Assembly: GCA_001643675.2 (NCBI GenBank)
Contig: LSRY02000049.1
Location: 496,001 to 560,000 of the forward strand
DNA from: Monocercomonoides exilis PA203
Taxonomy: Eukaryota; Protista; Preaxostyla
Direction of reading: 5' to 3'
DNA: 64,000 nucleotides
Position numbers and translations under genes: made by a program. The notes under the pieces were generated by a model that saw nothing but the letters and a program-made list of their open reading frames with translations, had not been told where the DNA came from and made no database searches. The first letter of the stretch is position 1. Every line of letters starts with the position of its first letter. Below are positions 50,701 through 61,711 of the stretch, piece by piece.

Positions 50701-53700
50701 TGAAGGGGGACGAGTGGTGTGTGTTCCATGTGGAGGGGAGTGGAGATCTGTCGGTGGATGAGTGCAGAGTGTGTGGAGATGGGTCAGTGGAGAAGGTGGG
50801 GTATGGGGTGTTCTGTGTGAGTGGAGGGGGTGTGACAGTGACGAATGTGGTGCTGGACGGGCTGGGGTTCACAGAGCGAGGGTTTGTGGAGGTGAGTGGG
50901 GAGACAGCGGGAGGGACGATTGTGGGGCTGAATGTGACGGGTGGGGCAGGGAGCAGAAAGGGGGTGATTGTGAGCAAAGGGGCGAAGAAGATGGAGGTGA
51001 AGAAGATGAATGCGAGCGGGGTGTGTGCGAGGGAAGGGAGCGGGGCAGTGATGGAAGCAGTTGTGAAGGATGGGTGCAGGCTGACAGTGGATGGGGGTGT
51101 GTTGGAAGGGGTGTGTGAGAAAGGGGATGGGGGAGGGATGATGGTGGTGATGGAAGGCGGGGGCGTGTGGAGGTGGGGAAGAGCGAGAGTGTGGGTTTTG
51201 AGGGGTGCAGTGCACAGAGGAAGGACGGGGCAGGAGGGCATGGAGGAGGGATGATGATGAGAATAGAAGGGTCGGATGGAGACTTCAGGCTGGAGAGACT
51301 GAGGTTCAGCGGGTGCCAGGCGAGTGTTGGGGGAAAGAATGTGTTTGTGTGCGGGGCAGACTTTTCGCAGGAGATTGAAAGAGCAAAGTTTGGGTTTGTA
51401 GAATCGTATGAGAACACAGAGGAGATTGGGGGTTATGAAGACGGGGACGAGACATGGGTGGTTCCGGTTGTTCTGTACTTGCGGGATGCCCCAGAGGAAA
51501 TCCGGGTGGGGGCGAGAGGAGCAGGGACTTTGGCCGATGTGGGTATGAAGGGTTTGAGTGCCAGTCAGTGGACTATGGGGTGGGGCTGTGGGGCAGAGGA
51601 GCAGGTGTGAATTGCGTGGTGACATCGCCTTCGTGCGTGAAAGGAGAGATGGTTCTGGAAGAAGGAGAATACAGAATACGAGGAATGGGAGTGGGCAGTG
51701 AGGTGGAAATGATGCAGAGCGAGGGTGCTGGGGCAGAGGGCACTGTGGAGAGCAGCGCACAAGTGACAATCGAAAAAGTGGTGTTTGTGGCTCCAGCGCA
51801 GAAAAAGGCGAAGGATGCGCTGATCCACACGACTGGTGGGGAGATCAACATCCGGTTGTGCTCGGTGGGTGTCTGCAGTGGCGGGAGCAGCGAGCAGAGC
51901 AGAGAGCTGAAGCACACATTCCTGTGCATCTCGGGTGGCCGGCTGGTGCTGGAGGAGTTCGAGCTCACAGCCATTGCCGCAGCATCGGTGCCAGTTGTTG
52001 TTGTTGAGGATTCTGGATGTGGGACGATTGAGCAGTGTCTGTTCAGTGGGGTGGGCAAGGCACATGCTGATGGGCTGATATTGAATGGGGCACAGGGGAT
52101 GTGCGAAGTGAGCAACACGACGATGTCGGGGCTGTCCCTTTCAGAGGGGTGCGGGATATGTGACCGTGGGGGGAAAAACATGGTTGTGAGGAATTGCACA
52201 ATGAGCGAGGTGACAGCCACAAAGGGGAACGGATGCTGTGTGCGAGGTGTGGTGTCGAGTGGCTGTGCGCTGGAGATGTTTGATGTGCAGATGGTGGGGT
52301 GCTGGACAGAGCGTGGGAATGGTGGAGGAATACATGTGGAAATGGAGGGAGACGGCAGTGTGCAAGTTGGGAAAGTGGGGAAAGTGGGGATGAAGACATT
52401 GTTTGAAGGGTGCTGTGCAAGGGATGGGAATGAGATTGGGGGATATGGAGGCGGGGTGGCGCTGGTCAGCAAGGGGAACCTGTCGTCGTTTGTTGTTGCC
52501 GATGTTGTGTTTGGGGTGAACGAAAAGGCAAACCACGCATCGAAAGGCGGGGACAATGTGTTTGTCCGGGGAGAGAATCTGTCGCGGCTGATAACAGACG
52601 AGTCGATGCAGTTTGGGTTTGACCGAGAGACGAAGGCCACGTTCAGGGAACTGGAAGGGGAGGAGGTGGGGGAGGGAGGGGAGGTGAGCGCTTTTGTGCC
52701 GCTGGCTGTGCTTGTGGTGGAGTTCAGAGGAAGTGTGCATGTGGGGGGAGAGAGCGGAGTGGATTATCGGATATGCGGGCTGGAGGTGTATCCATGCTCG
52801 ACAATCAGGTATGGGTGCGCGCTGAGGTTTGGGGCAGCACAGGCATCGGTGAGGCTGATGCCCACGTTTGTCTTCAACAGCAAGCTCACGCTGGCTGAGC
52901 GGAGCATCGAGTTTGAAGCAGCTGTGGCGGAAGAGGCCATCCAGATAGACACATCTGGGATTGGGGCAGAGGGGTGGTTGGTCGAGACGAGCAGCGCCAT
53001 ATCATTCTCGCGAATACACTTCTCGGTAAGTTCTTCAGGTGCACGTTGCTCGAGTGCGGGGCTGAACCAGCACACTGGGGTTGCAGCAGAAAGAGCGGAA
53101 CACGAAGGGATGCCCAACACAGGTGGCCACAAATGTGTGTTTGTGTGTGCGGGGTCTTCGCTGACAATATGCAGCTGCTCGGTACAGATGAAAACGGCAG
53201 ATGCAGTGCTGGATGCACAGCTGATCAGATGTGTTGGGGGCACACTGAGCATCAGCGGGCTGAGCATGAGTTCGATGACCACAAGAGAGCCGCTTGTGGT
53301 GATTGACGGAGATGAGTGTGCAGGGGTGATGGAGGGGCTGGAGATATATGGATCGAAAAACGAAGGAGAAGGAGGAGGCAGCCTGGTGGAGATAAAGCGC
53401 ACAAAGAAGATGGAGATGAAGCACTGGAGAATGAGCGGGTGTGTGCAGGAGGACAGCAGCGGGCTGAAGATAAGCGGAGGGATGCTGGTTGAGGTGTGGA
53501 ATGTGACGGTTGAGGAGCTGCAGAGGACGAGGGGGAATGGCGGGGTTGTGGTGTGCATGGTTGGGGAAGGGGAGACAAGGAGAATGCGGAACTGCACGTT
53601 CTGGAACAGCAGCTGCGAGGAAAGCGGGTCGAAGGGAGGCGGGGTGTGGGTGAAGACAAGCGGAAGGAGCACGATGATTTTTGAGAAGAACAAGGTGGGG

Positions 53701-56700
53701 TGGTGCAAGACGCCGGGAGGGAGTGGAGTTGGGGGAGGGGTGTATTTGTGGTTTGGAGGGCTGGAGGCGGTGTACTCGATGAAGGATTTGGAGTTCAGCG
53801 AGAACAGTGCGTACCAAGGGCGGGATGTGTATGTGGTGTGCGAAAAGCCGCGGCTGATGATGAATGCGATATACTGGAGCGGGACGGCGTCGAGCGAGGA
53901 GAGCAGCGAGGAGCAGAAGCGGCTGTGGGTGGTGGACAAGGAGCCTCACGAATATGTGAGCACAAGCCTGTTTGAGTACTTGTTTGCGAGTGTTGCAGAA
54001 ATTGTGTTTGTGAACAAGGACGGGTGGAGCGAAAGCGAATGCGGGTTCGAGGACACGCCGTGCAGCAGTGTCGAAACGGGGCTTGGGCAGATGGAAGCAG
54101 CGCAGTCGATCATCCACATCAAGAAGGAGGCGCCGCTGAACGGGACAGTGAACAGAGGGAGCGAGCCGCTGACGATCCGAGGGAACAGCGAGAAGGGGAA
54201 GATGAGCGTTGGGAGCGGAGCGCACCTGGAGGTGACAGAGGGTGTGGCACGAACAACGCTGATGCTGTCGAATGTTGTTGTTGCCCTTGGGGAAGGGCTG
54301 GCAGAGGCAGAATTGGTGGAGCTGAGGTGTGGAATGGCTGTGGTGATTGACAGCGAGATTGTGGATGAGAGCGCAGCAGGGCATGGAGGCGGGTGGAGGA
54401 TCGCGTCGATTCATGGGGGAGAGCTGGATATGAGCAGGGTGAGGATCGGGAAGATGGATGTGATTGGAGAAGGGGAATTGTTTTTGGTGTGCGGAGGGTC
54501 GCTGAAGATGGAGGACAGCTGTGCGAATGGGGTGTGTGGGAGAGGGAATGGGATGATTGCTGGGAAGGAAGGAAGGATTGTGGAGATGTTGAATGTGAGC
54601 ATTGCCGAATGCGATTTTGAGAACGGGCATGTTGCGACAATTTGGAGCGGGATTGGGAATGCAACGATATCAAACTGCACATTCACAGATTGCTCGTCGA
54701 TGTCGGATGGTGCATGTGTGAGCGGAAAGATAGGAGGGGACATGGAGTTTTGTGTTGAAGAGACGGAAATGAGCGGATGCCGATGCACAAAGGAAGGAGA
54801 AGGAAAAGGGGGTGGGATGTTGATGGACATGAGGAGCGGGCGGGTGCAGAAGTATCTGGTGCGGGATGTCAGTTTTGAGGGAAACGATGCGTGCTTTGGG
54901 AGAAATGTGTTTGTGGAGTGCTTGAGCCTGAACGAGAGTGTCACAGCAGACCGAATGGTGTTGAGGTGGGGCTCAGCGGAAGATGATGGGAACGGATATG
55001 TTGGGGCAGACAGCACATTTGAGCTGATCACACTGGAGCTGTTTCTGGTCAGATACGACGGCGGTGTGGTTGCTGTGTCGAATGCAGGATACGACATGAT
55101 TGGGTGTGGAGGGGAGCAGCATCCGTGTTTTTCGTTCTGGCAAGGGTATCGGAACTTGGGAGCAGATTATGAAGAGCGGAAGATGGCTGTTGAGAACGGG
55201 TGCGAGATTGCAGGCGAGTTTGATGTTTCGGCGATGACAGTGGAATCAGCCAGTGCAGAAGCAGAGGCTGCCTTATCGTTTTCGGAGCAGTGGGCAGACG
55301 GCCAGGTGGAATGGGTTCTGGGAACAAGCAGCAAAACTGTTCTGAGCCTGTTGCACTTGTGTGTGCCACAATCGCTAAGTGAGCCCCACAGAACACTGAT
55401 ATGCTGCACCGCACCATCTGGCGCATTGAACATCAGCCATTGCTCGTTTTCTGCAGAGCATGCAAAGCGCATATCGTTTTCGCTGATCACAGTGAACGGC
55501 GGGCACATGACGATGAGCGACTGCACAATGGAGCACGTGACCGGAGCAGCACCGCCGATTGTTTCGTGTGGCGGCACAGCAATATCGAATTGCACAATAA
55601 AGGAGATTAAGTGCAGCGAGAGCAAGGAAGGAGGGGCTGTGCATGCGGTTTTGAAAGGAGACTGGAGACTTGTGATGAGCGAGTGCAAGATGAGCAGTTG
55701 CAGCTGCTCGGTGGAGGAAGGAAAAGGGGGTGGACTGTTTGTGGATGGAAGCGAATCGGAGGATGATGAGCCGTTTTTGTTCACAGATGTTGAAGTGTCC
55801 CTGAATGCTGCACACATGGGTGTGAATGCGTTTGTTGTTGCAAGAGACCTGAACAGCTCGATAACGAGAGCAACGTTTGGGTTTAAGAGCAGCAGAGGGG
55901 AAGAAGAAGGGAACGACTTTGTGGGAAGGGATGGGGTGTTTGGGGAGACGGATCTGTATCGGTTTGTGAGGGAGTACAGGAGCACAGTGATTCACATCTC
56001 GTCAGTTGGGGGATTCGATGTGATGCGGTGTGGGAGCGCAGCAGAGCCGTGCAGCACATTCTGGATGGGGATGCAGAAGTTGGAGAAGGAGACGAAAATG
56101 AGATCGGTGAGGGTGCAGGGAGAGCTGAGGATTGCAGATGGATTTGATCTGACGAACTGCAGCGTCGAATGCGAGGGCAGCGCGGCAGGGGAAGATGCAG
56201 CATGCAACATGGTATTTGACATGGAGGGAGACAGCGAGTGGGATGGTGTCATGTGCAACAAGGGAGAGCTGGTGCTTGATGGAATATGCATGAGTGTGAA
56301 GAAGATGGGCGAGGAAAGGGAAGCAAATGTGGTTGTGAACGAGCAAGGCAGCCTTTGGATTCGCAGATGCAAGATGACTTCGGCGAGCGCGGGAGAAGGC
56401 CAGCACAAGAGCCGGTTCAACTATGTGGCGATGCGAGAGGGGACACTGAATGTGGCAGGGCTCGAGGTGTGTGAAGTGAAGTTCGAAGGGTGTGTTGTGC
56501 AGGTTGGCGGTGGGTGTGATTGTGTTCTGGAGAATGTTGTTGTGAACTCGATTGGGATGCAAAGTGGGTGTGTGCTCTGTGCAGTTGATGGGGCAGGAGG
56601 AAGGGATGGCATGAACAGCAAGATAGGGGTGAGAGTGAACGGATCGAAAGTGTCGTCGGTGGGGGCAGAGGGAGAGAAAAGCAGTGTGGTGTGGTGTGGA

Positions 56701-59700
56701 GGGCAGGGGGTGTGGAGTGTGGAGGTATATGAAAGTGTGTTTGAGCTGTGCAAAGCAAGCGGTTCGCAAAACGGAGGGGCAGTGCTGTTTGGGCTGAACG
56801 AAGAAGGGAGGCTGACGATAAGGGACAGCACGCTGCTTCAGTGCAGCTGCAGCCTGGACAGCGGGAGAGGCGGTGGCGTGTGCATCAGAACGAAGAACCA
56901 CGGGGATCTTCCGTTTTTGTTTTCGCGGGTGGTGTTCAAGGGCAATGCAGCGCATGTGGGGAACGATGTGTTTATCGAGTGCTATCGGATCGACAAGCAG
57001 ATCAACGAGAGCCAGTTCAAGATGGATGTGCAGGAAGGGGTGTACAACCGGATCAACGCGATCTACGGGATCGACACAGTGAGCACGAGCCCGGTGGATT
57101 TGGTGTCGCTGATTACTGTGCACTACTCTTCGACTGTGGTTGTGTCGTCGAGCAGCGGCAAAGGGGCAAACACAAGGCAGTGTGGCGCAGCAGAGCTGCC
57201 ATGCCGTTCGCTGGACTATGGGCTGGGCCACTTGTCAGGGGGCATGTTCTTGACGGCTGTTGTGGACGAAGAAAGTGCAGCAGGTGGGGAATGCGACCTG
57301 AGGGATGTGGAGCTGAAGTCCAGGTGGGAGACGCGTTCGACGATATCGTTTGACAGCATCGCAACACAAACGCGCGAGCATGTGCTCAGCGTCGATGGGG
57401 GAGTGGGGTGAAGCTCATCCTGTTTTCGTATCCTGTGCCATTCCCGTCGGCACACGAAACCCTGATGCGTATGGAAACGGGGACTGTGTCTTTGGTGTTG
57501 TGCATTTTTGAGTCGAGCAGTGGTATCTCAGAGGGGAGATGCATGACTTTGATGGAGTGCGAAAATACGAGATGCTCTTTTGATCAATGCAAGATAAGAA
57601 ACACAAGGGCGCAAAAGCTGATTGCATGCCGGAACAGCTCGCTGAATGTGTCGCATCTTGCTGTGCAAAACGCAGACATCGAAGCAGATGGGATAAGCGT
57701 GGCAGACGATGTTTCGATGATGCTGTTCAATTATTCGGCATCGCATGTGCGACTGAGAAGTGGATGCATGATGGTGATGGGCAGCCAGGTGCAAGGGCAA
57801 GGGCAAATACAAGGTGAGCAGAGCAATGGTGCAGATCACAACTTCTCGATCATTTTCTCGTCATTCAGCAACATTTCCAGTGCTGCCCACAAGCCGAGCA
57901 TTCTGTCCATATCAAACAGCAACAATTGCATCTGTGTGGACAACTGCTTGTTCGATTCATGTTCATCATCATCATTTGTTTCGGAAGTTTCTTCATCGGC
58001 TTCAAATATTGGAACAGTGATGTTATTTGTATCATGCACAAACATTGTGTGCTCGAGTTGTGTTGTTGATGGGGGTTGGGGCAACGAAACGCAGGGGAGC
58101 CCTCTTGATCAAGGGGAGGAGGTCTGCTGGTGGAATGGATCGCAGATTTGTGGGGTCAACAGCACAGTTGTGGTGAAGGACTCAACAATCTGCAACTCGG
58201 AGGCTGGGGCGCTGTCTGTCGCAGGGGGAAGCGCAAGGATCGAAAGAGGGGAGTTTTGGAACAACAAGGGGAGTTCTGCGAAATATGTGTCAGCTCGGCG
58301 GAATGTGATGTGCACAGAAGGTGGGAGAGTGGATGTGGTGAGTCTGAAAGGAGGAGATGGGTGGAAGGAAGATGACTCGCTGTGGATGGTGGGGAAGGGG
58401 TGCCAGATGGGAGGGCTTGCCTCGGAAAGGAAGTCGGCATTCTTCATCCCGCATCTGAGCGAGGTGGAAACAGAGGAGACAGAGGATGTGGGAGGCATGG
58501 TGAAGCTGAGGTTCAAGGGGTGGGTGCTGCTGCCGTGCTCCCTGGGGTTTGAGGTGGTGGGGGTGGTGGGGGATGTGGAGTATGTGGAGAAGCACATGTT
58601 TGAGGAAGAGGATTTCGAGAGCGAAAGGGAGGTGAGGCACTGGGCAGAAATGGAGAAGGTGGGATGGGGAGGAGAGGAGGCAGAGGTGAGGGTGAGCATT
58701 CTGTTTGGGAACACGTCTGCGCCGTCGCACACAGAGGCATTCATTTTGCAGAACAAGAGTGAGCCGAAAGGAAATGGAGACGAAAGGACTGTTGAAGGAG
58801 GAAATGGAAAGTTTTCTTCTTCAACCGTGATAATAATTATTTTGGTTGTAATTTTATTTATTGTTCTCATCGTCGCAATATCCTTTATTGTTCGTTGGAA
58901 AAAGCAAAAGAGAAGAACAAAAGAGCTTGAAGTGATTGTGGAAGACACAGTGAGGAAAGATCCGAAGGCGTTTGAAATGGTGACGATGGAGATGTCTCCT
59001 GAGGAGCAGTGGAGGAGAGCAGAGAGGGAGGCAGAGAAGAAGAATGAAGAGAGGATAAAGAAGAGAGTGTATGAAAAAAGTTTGGGACACTCAGAGTCAT
59101 CAGAGCATTTGTTGAGCGAGAGTGGCTCCACAGAATACATTTTGGGAAGAGATTCAGACAAGATCCCTCAATGGATGCTGGAGAAGGTTGATGAGGAAGA
59201 AGATGATATATCGAGGAAGAGAACACCATCGCCATCCATTTCATCCACTTCGACCACAGACACATCAGACACAGAATCCACATTTGTTCGTGGGGAAGAT
59301 TTGTGCCCAACCACATCGTCGATGTCAAATCTGGTGGATGCAATGGCCTGCTCATCTCCCCATGAGAAGCTGATTGTGGATCTGAGGGATTCGCTGTTCA
59401 TGCTTCTTCATGGAAAGAATGAGAAGAAAGAGATGGCAATCGGAACTCTCCAGGAGAGGGAGGTGACGGCTGCTCAGATCCTGTTCTGGGTGGCCAATCT
59501 TGCACTTCACTCGTTTGATGAAATGAACAATCCACTTCAGTCGCTGACAAATCTGAGTCCCCACATTGTGTTGTTCTCAGAACATATGGTCATCTGCATT
59601 GCGATGCACTCTGACTGCTCTTCTTCAGATTCTGATTCATCCTCCATCTCTTCGTCAACTGTTGTGACATCTGCCAGTGGTGATGATGATGATGACTCTC

Positions 59701-60242
59701 TTCCATCATCTGCATTTGAGGATGAGGAAGACAGCAAGAACGAGTGCATGAGGTGGAAGGCGCCAGAGCTGCTGAATGGAACAACGAAGCATGCGACGAA
59801 GAAAACGGTTGTGTTTTCTGTTGGGATGATGGTGTGGGAGTGTGTAACGCTGCAGATCCCGTTTGGGGAGTGTTCGGGAGAGGCAGCAGGGAGCATGATT
59901 GTGCGAGGAGAGAAGGTGGGGATGGGTGTTGCGAAGGGGTCGCGTGTGAGGGGAGTTGTGGGTGGGTGCCTGCGTTATGAGGCAGAGGATCGGATGACGC
60001 TGGGAGATGTGAAGCGGGAGCTGATCAAACTGTTCCCTCCGGGTGCGGCAGTGCTCACGATGACAGATGCGATCGGGTACGAAGAGGAGTCGGAGGAGGC
60101 CTGCAGTACCAGCTTGGCCATCATGGCCAGTGGAGCCAGCATGAACAGCACGACATGCATGACAAGCATGACAGATATTGGCAACAGATCCAGAGACATA
60201 AAGAAGCAAGAGGAAGTGAAGGATGAGGCGAATGGCAAATGA
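47772..60242 (+). CDS. Giant single-pass receptor-like protein B (~4,157 aa if repaired; 8 Cys-capped modules, TM, pseudokinase), split by three single-base frameshifts (~51165, ~51510, ~57407)
   Basis: ORFs 47772, 51167, 51454 and 57408 each step by -1 and read on as one paralogue of gene A. TM TVIIIILVVILFIVLIVAISFIV then RWKKQKRR. Cytoplasmic region near-identical to gene A. Confidence 0.85.
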
Positions 60243-61711
60243 TGAGGAGAGCAGAGCAGAGCAGAGCAGAATAATGAAATAAAAAAATCAGACAAGAGAA
60301 GTTGGAGCATTCATTGGAAAACTTTGAACGTGTTCAACATTTTTGAACAGTACAGAAATAGAGTTGATTCAGAAAAAGAAAAAAGATAATGAAAAATGAA
60401 AAAGAAAAAAAGAAACCCTGGTGCAGACAACACAATGGCCATTGGAGGACGAGTGAAGCCAGAAGGCTTCTCTGAACCCGTGGGAGCAATGATTGGTTGT
60501 TGCCCATTGTGTTGTGGATGCTTGGCCAGGTGCATGCTTCATGGTGCATGCTGGGAAAAGCGGCAATGCCCACATGGCCGAACTCTGATCAGCACAGCAT
60601 CGCTTCAGACAAAACATTTCATATTCCATTTTCAGTTGTTGTTGGAATAATTTTGTTTATTTTATATGTATATTTTTGTATAGTTGAATCCATCTTCACA
60701 ACATGAAGCATTTGCATGATGGGACAAGTACTGCCCAGCTGCTGCTGTTTCATTTCCTCTTTTTTTTCCATTTCAAAGAAAAACAAGAAGAAGACTCGAT
60801 ATTCAGCATCTGTAAAAGCAGTCGAAGTCATTCATGTTTTTGTGGTGCTTTGTGTCTGGAGTGCCCATTGACCACGAAAGAAGCACGGGGAGGGCAAAAG
60901 AGTTGGATGTATTTGCTGGAGAGCTGTCGTGCTGCTGCTTGGGTGCTATCAGCCAAGTCTGTTTCTGAGTAGCCAGGCAAGGCTCAACACATTCCCACAA
61001 AAGTTGGGAAAGATATTTTCTGCATCTTGTCTCCTCCTGATGAATGGCCATCATCAGTCGTCCAACTGCTTCAAATACCGTTCCAATCAAGAATGCAATC
61101 GAATTAACATGAGAAAGAAAGAAATATTCTTTTATTGGCATTTCTTCTTCTTCTTTTTTTTTTTTTCCAGCTGAGAGAAGATATTCTTTTTCCAAAGCAG
61201 GGAAACATCTTGTTGTTTGTGCCATTGCACACACACACATACACACATTATTGTGAGTTGTTGAATCTGTGGTTGAGTGTGTTTGCCCGCATGAGCTTCC
61301 TGTCAAAGGCCACTGAGCATGAGAATGCCAGATGAATGTGAATGATTGCTGTTGTTTGTTGATTTTGTGGGAGTTGTATCGCTAACACAATGGAACAAAT
61401 GCTCATTGCCAAGCAAAATTAGCACACACAATAAATATGAATCGAATTATTCAGGATTCGTGATGGTCCCCAATGGTATTGATAAGTGTGTCATTTGCTT
61501 TTATCGCTTCTGAGGGAAAAAAAAACATTGGCAAAAATTTGTTATTCCATTTCTTCAACTGAAGAGACAATTTGACAAAGCGTTTTCAATGTGGGATAAG
61601 AACATATTCCTCAATAGTCAATGTGTTTGTTATAATGTCATAACAATAATTGGCTGAAAAATGTCCTTCCAATGACAGCATTTGTCAATGGAAACACATT
61701 TAAAAAACGCC

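Noticed and set aside
51155-57412. Programmed -1 ribosomal frameshifting or tiny introns at the gene B breaks
   Set aside because: No X XXY YYZ slippery heptamers; no AT-rich GT..AG segments like real introns here; a one-base insertion gives gap-free alignment
47772-60310. Dozens of long antisense and alternate-frame ORFs over both receptor genes (also 2086-11032) and the TOPORS-like gene
   Set aside because: Shadows of G/A-skewed codon usage; translations are Pro/Ser/His/Thr low-complexity with no motifs
60311-61335. Cluster of short ORFs in moderately GC-rich DNA after receptor B
   Set aside because: No consistent frame, splice pattern or motif; may be UTR or an unrecognised repeat
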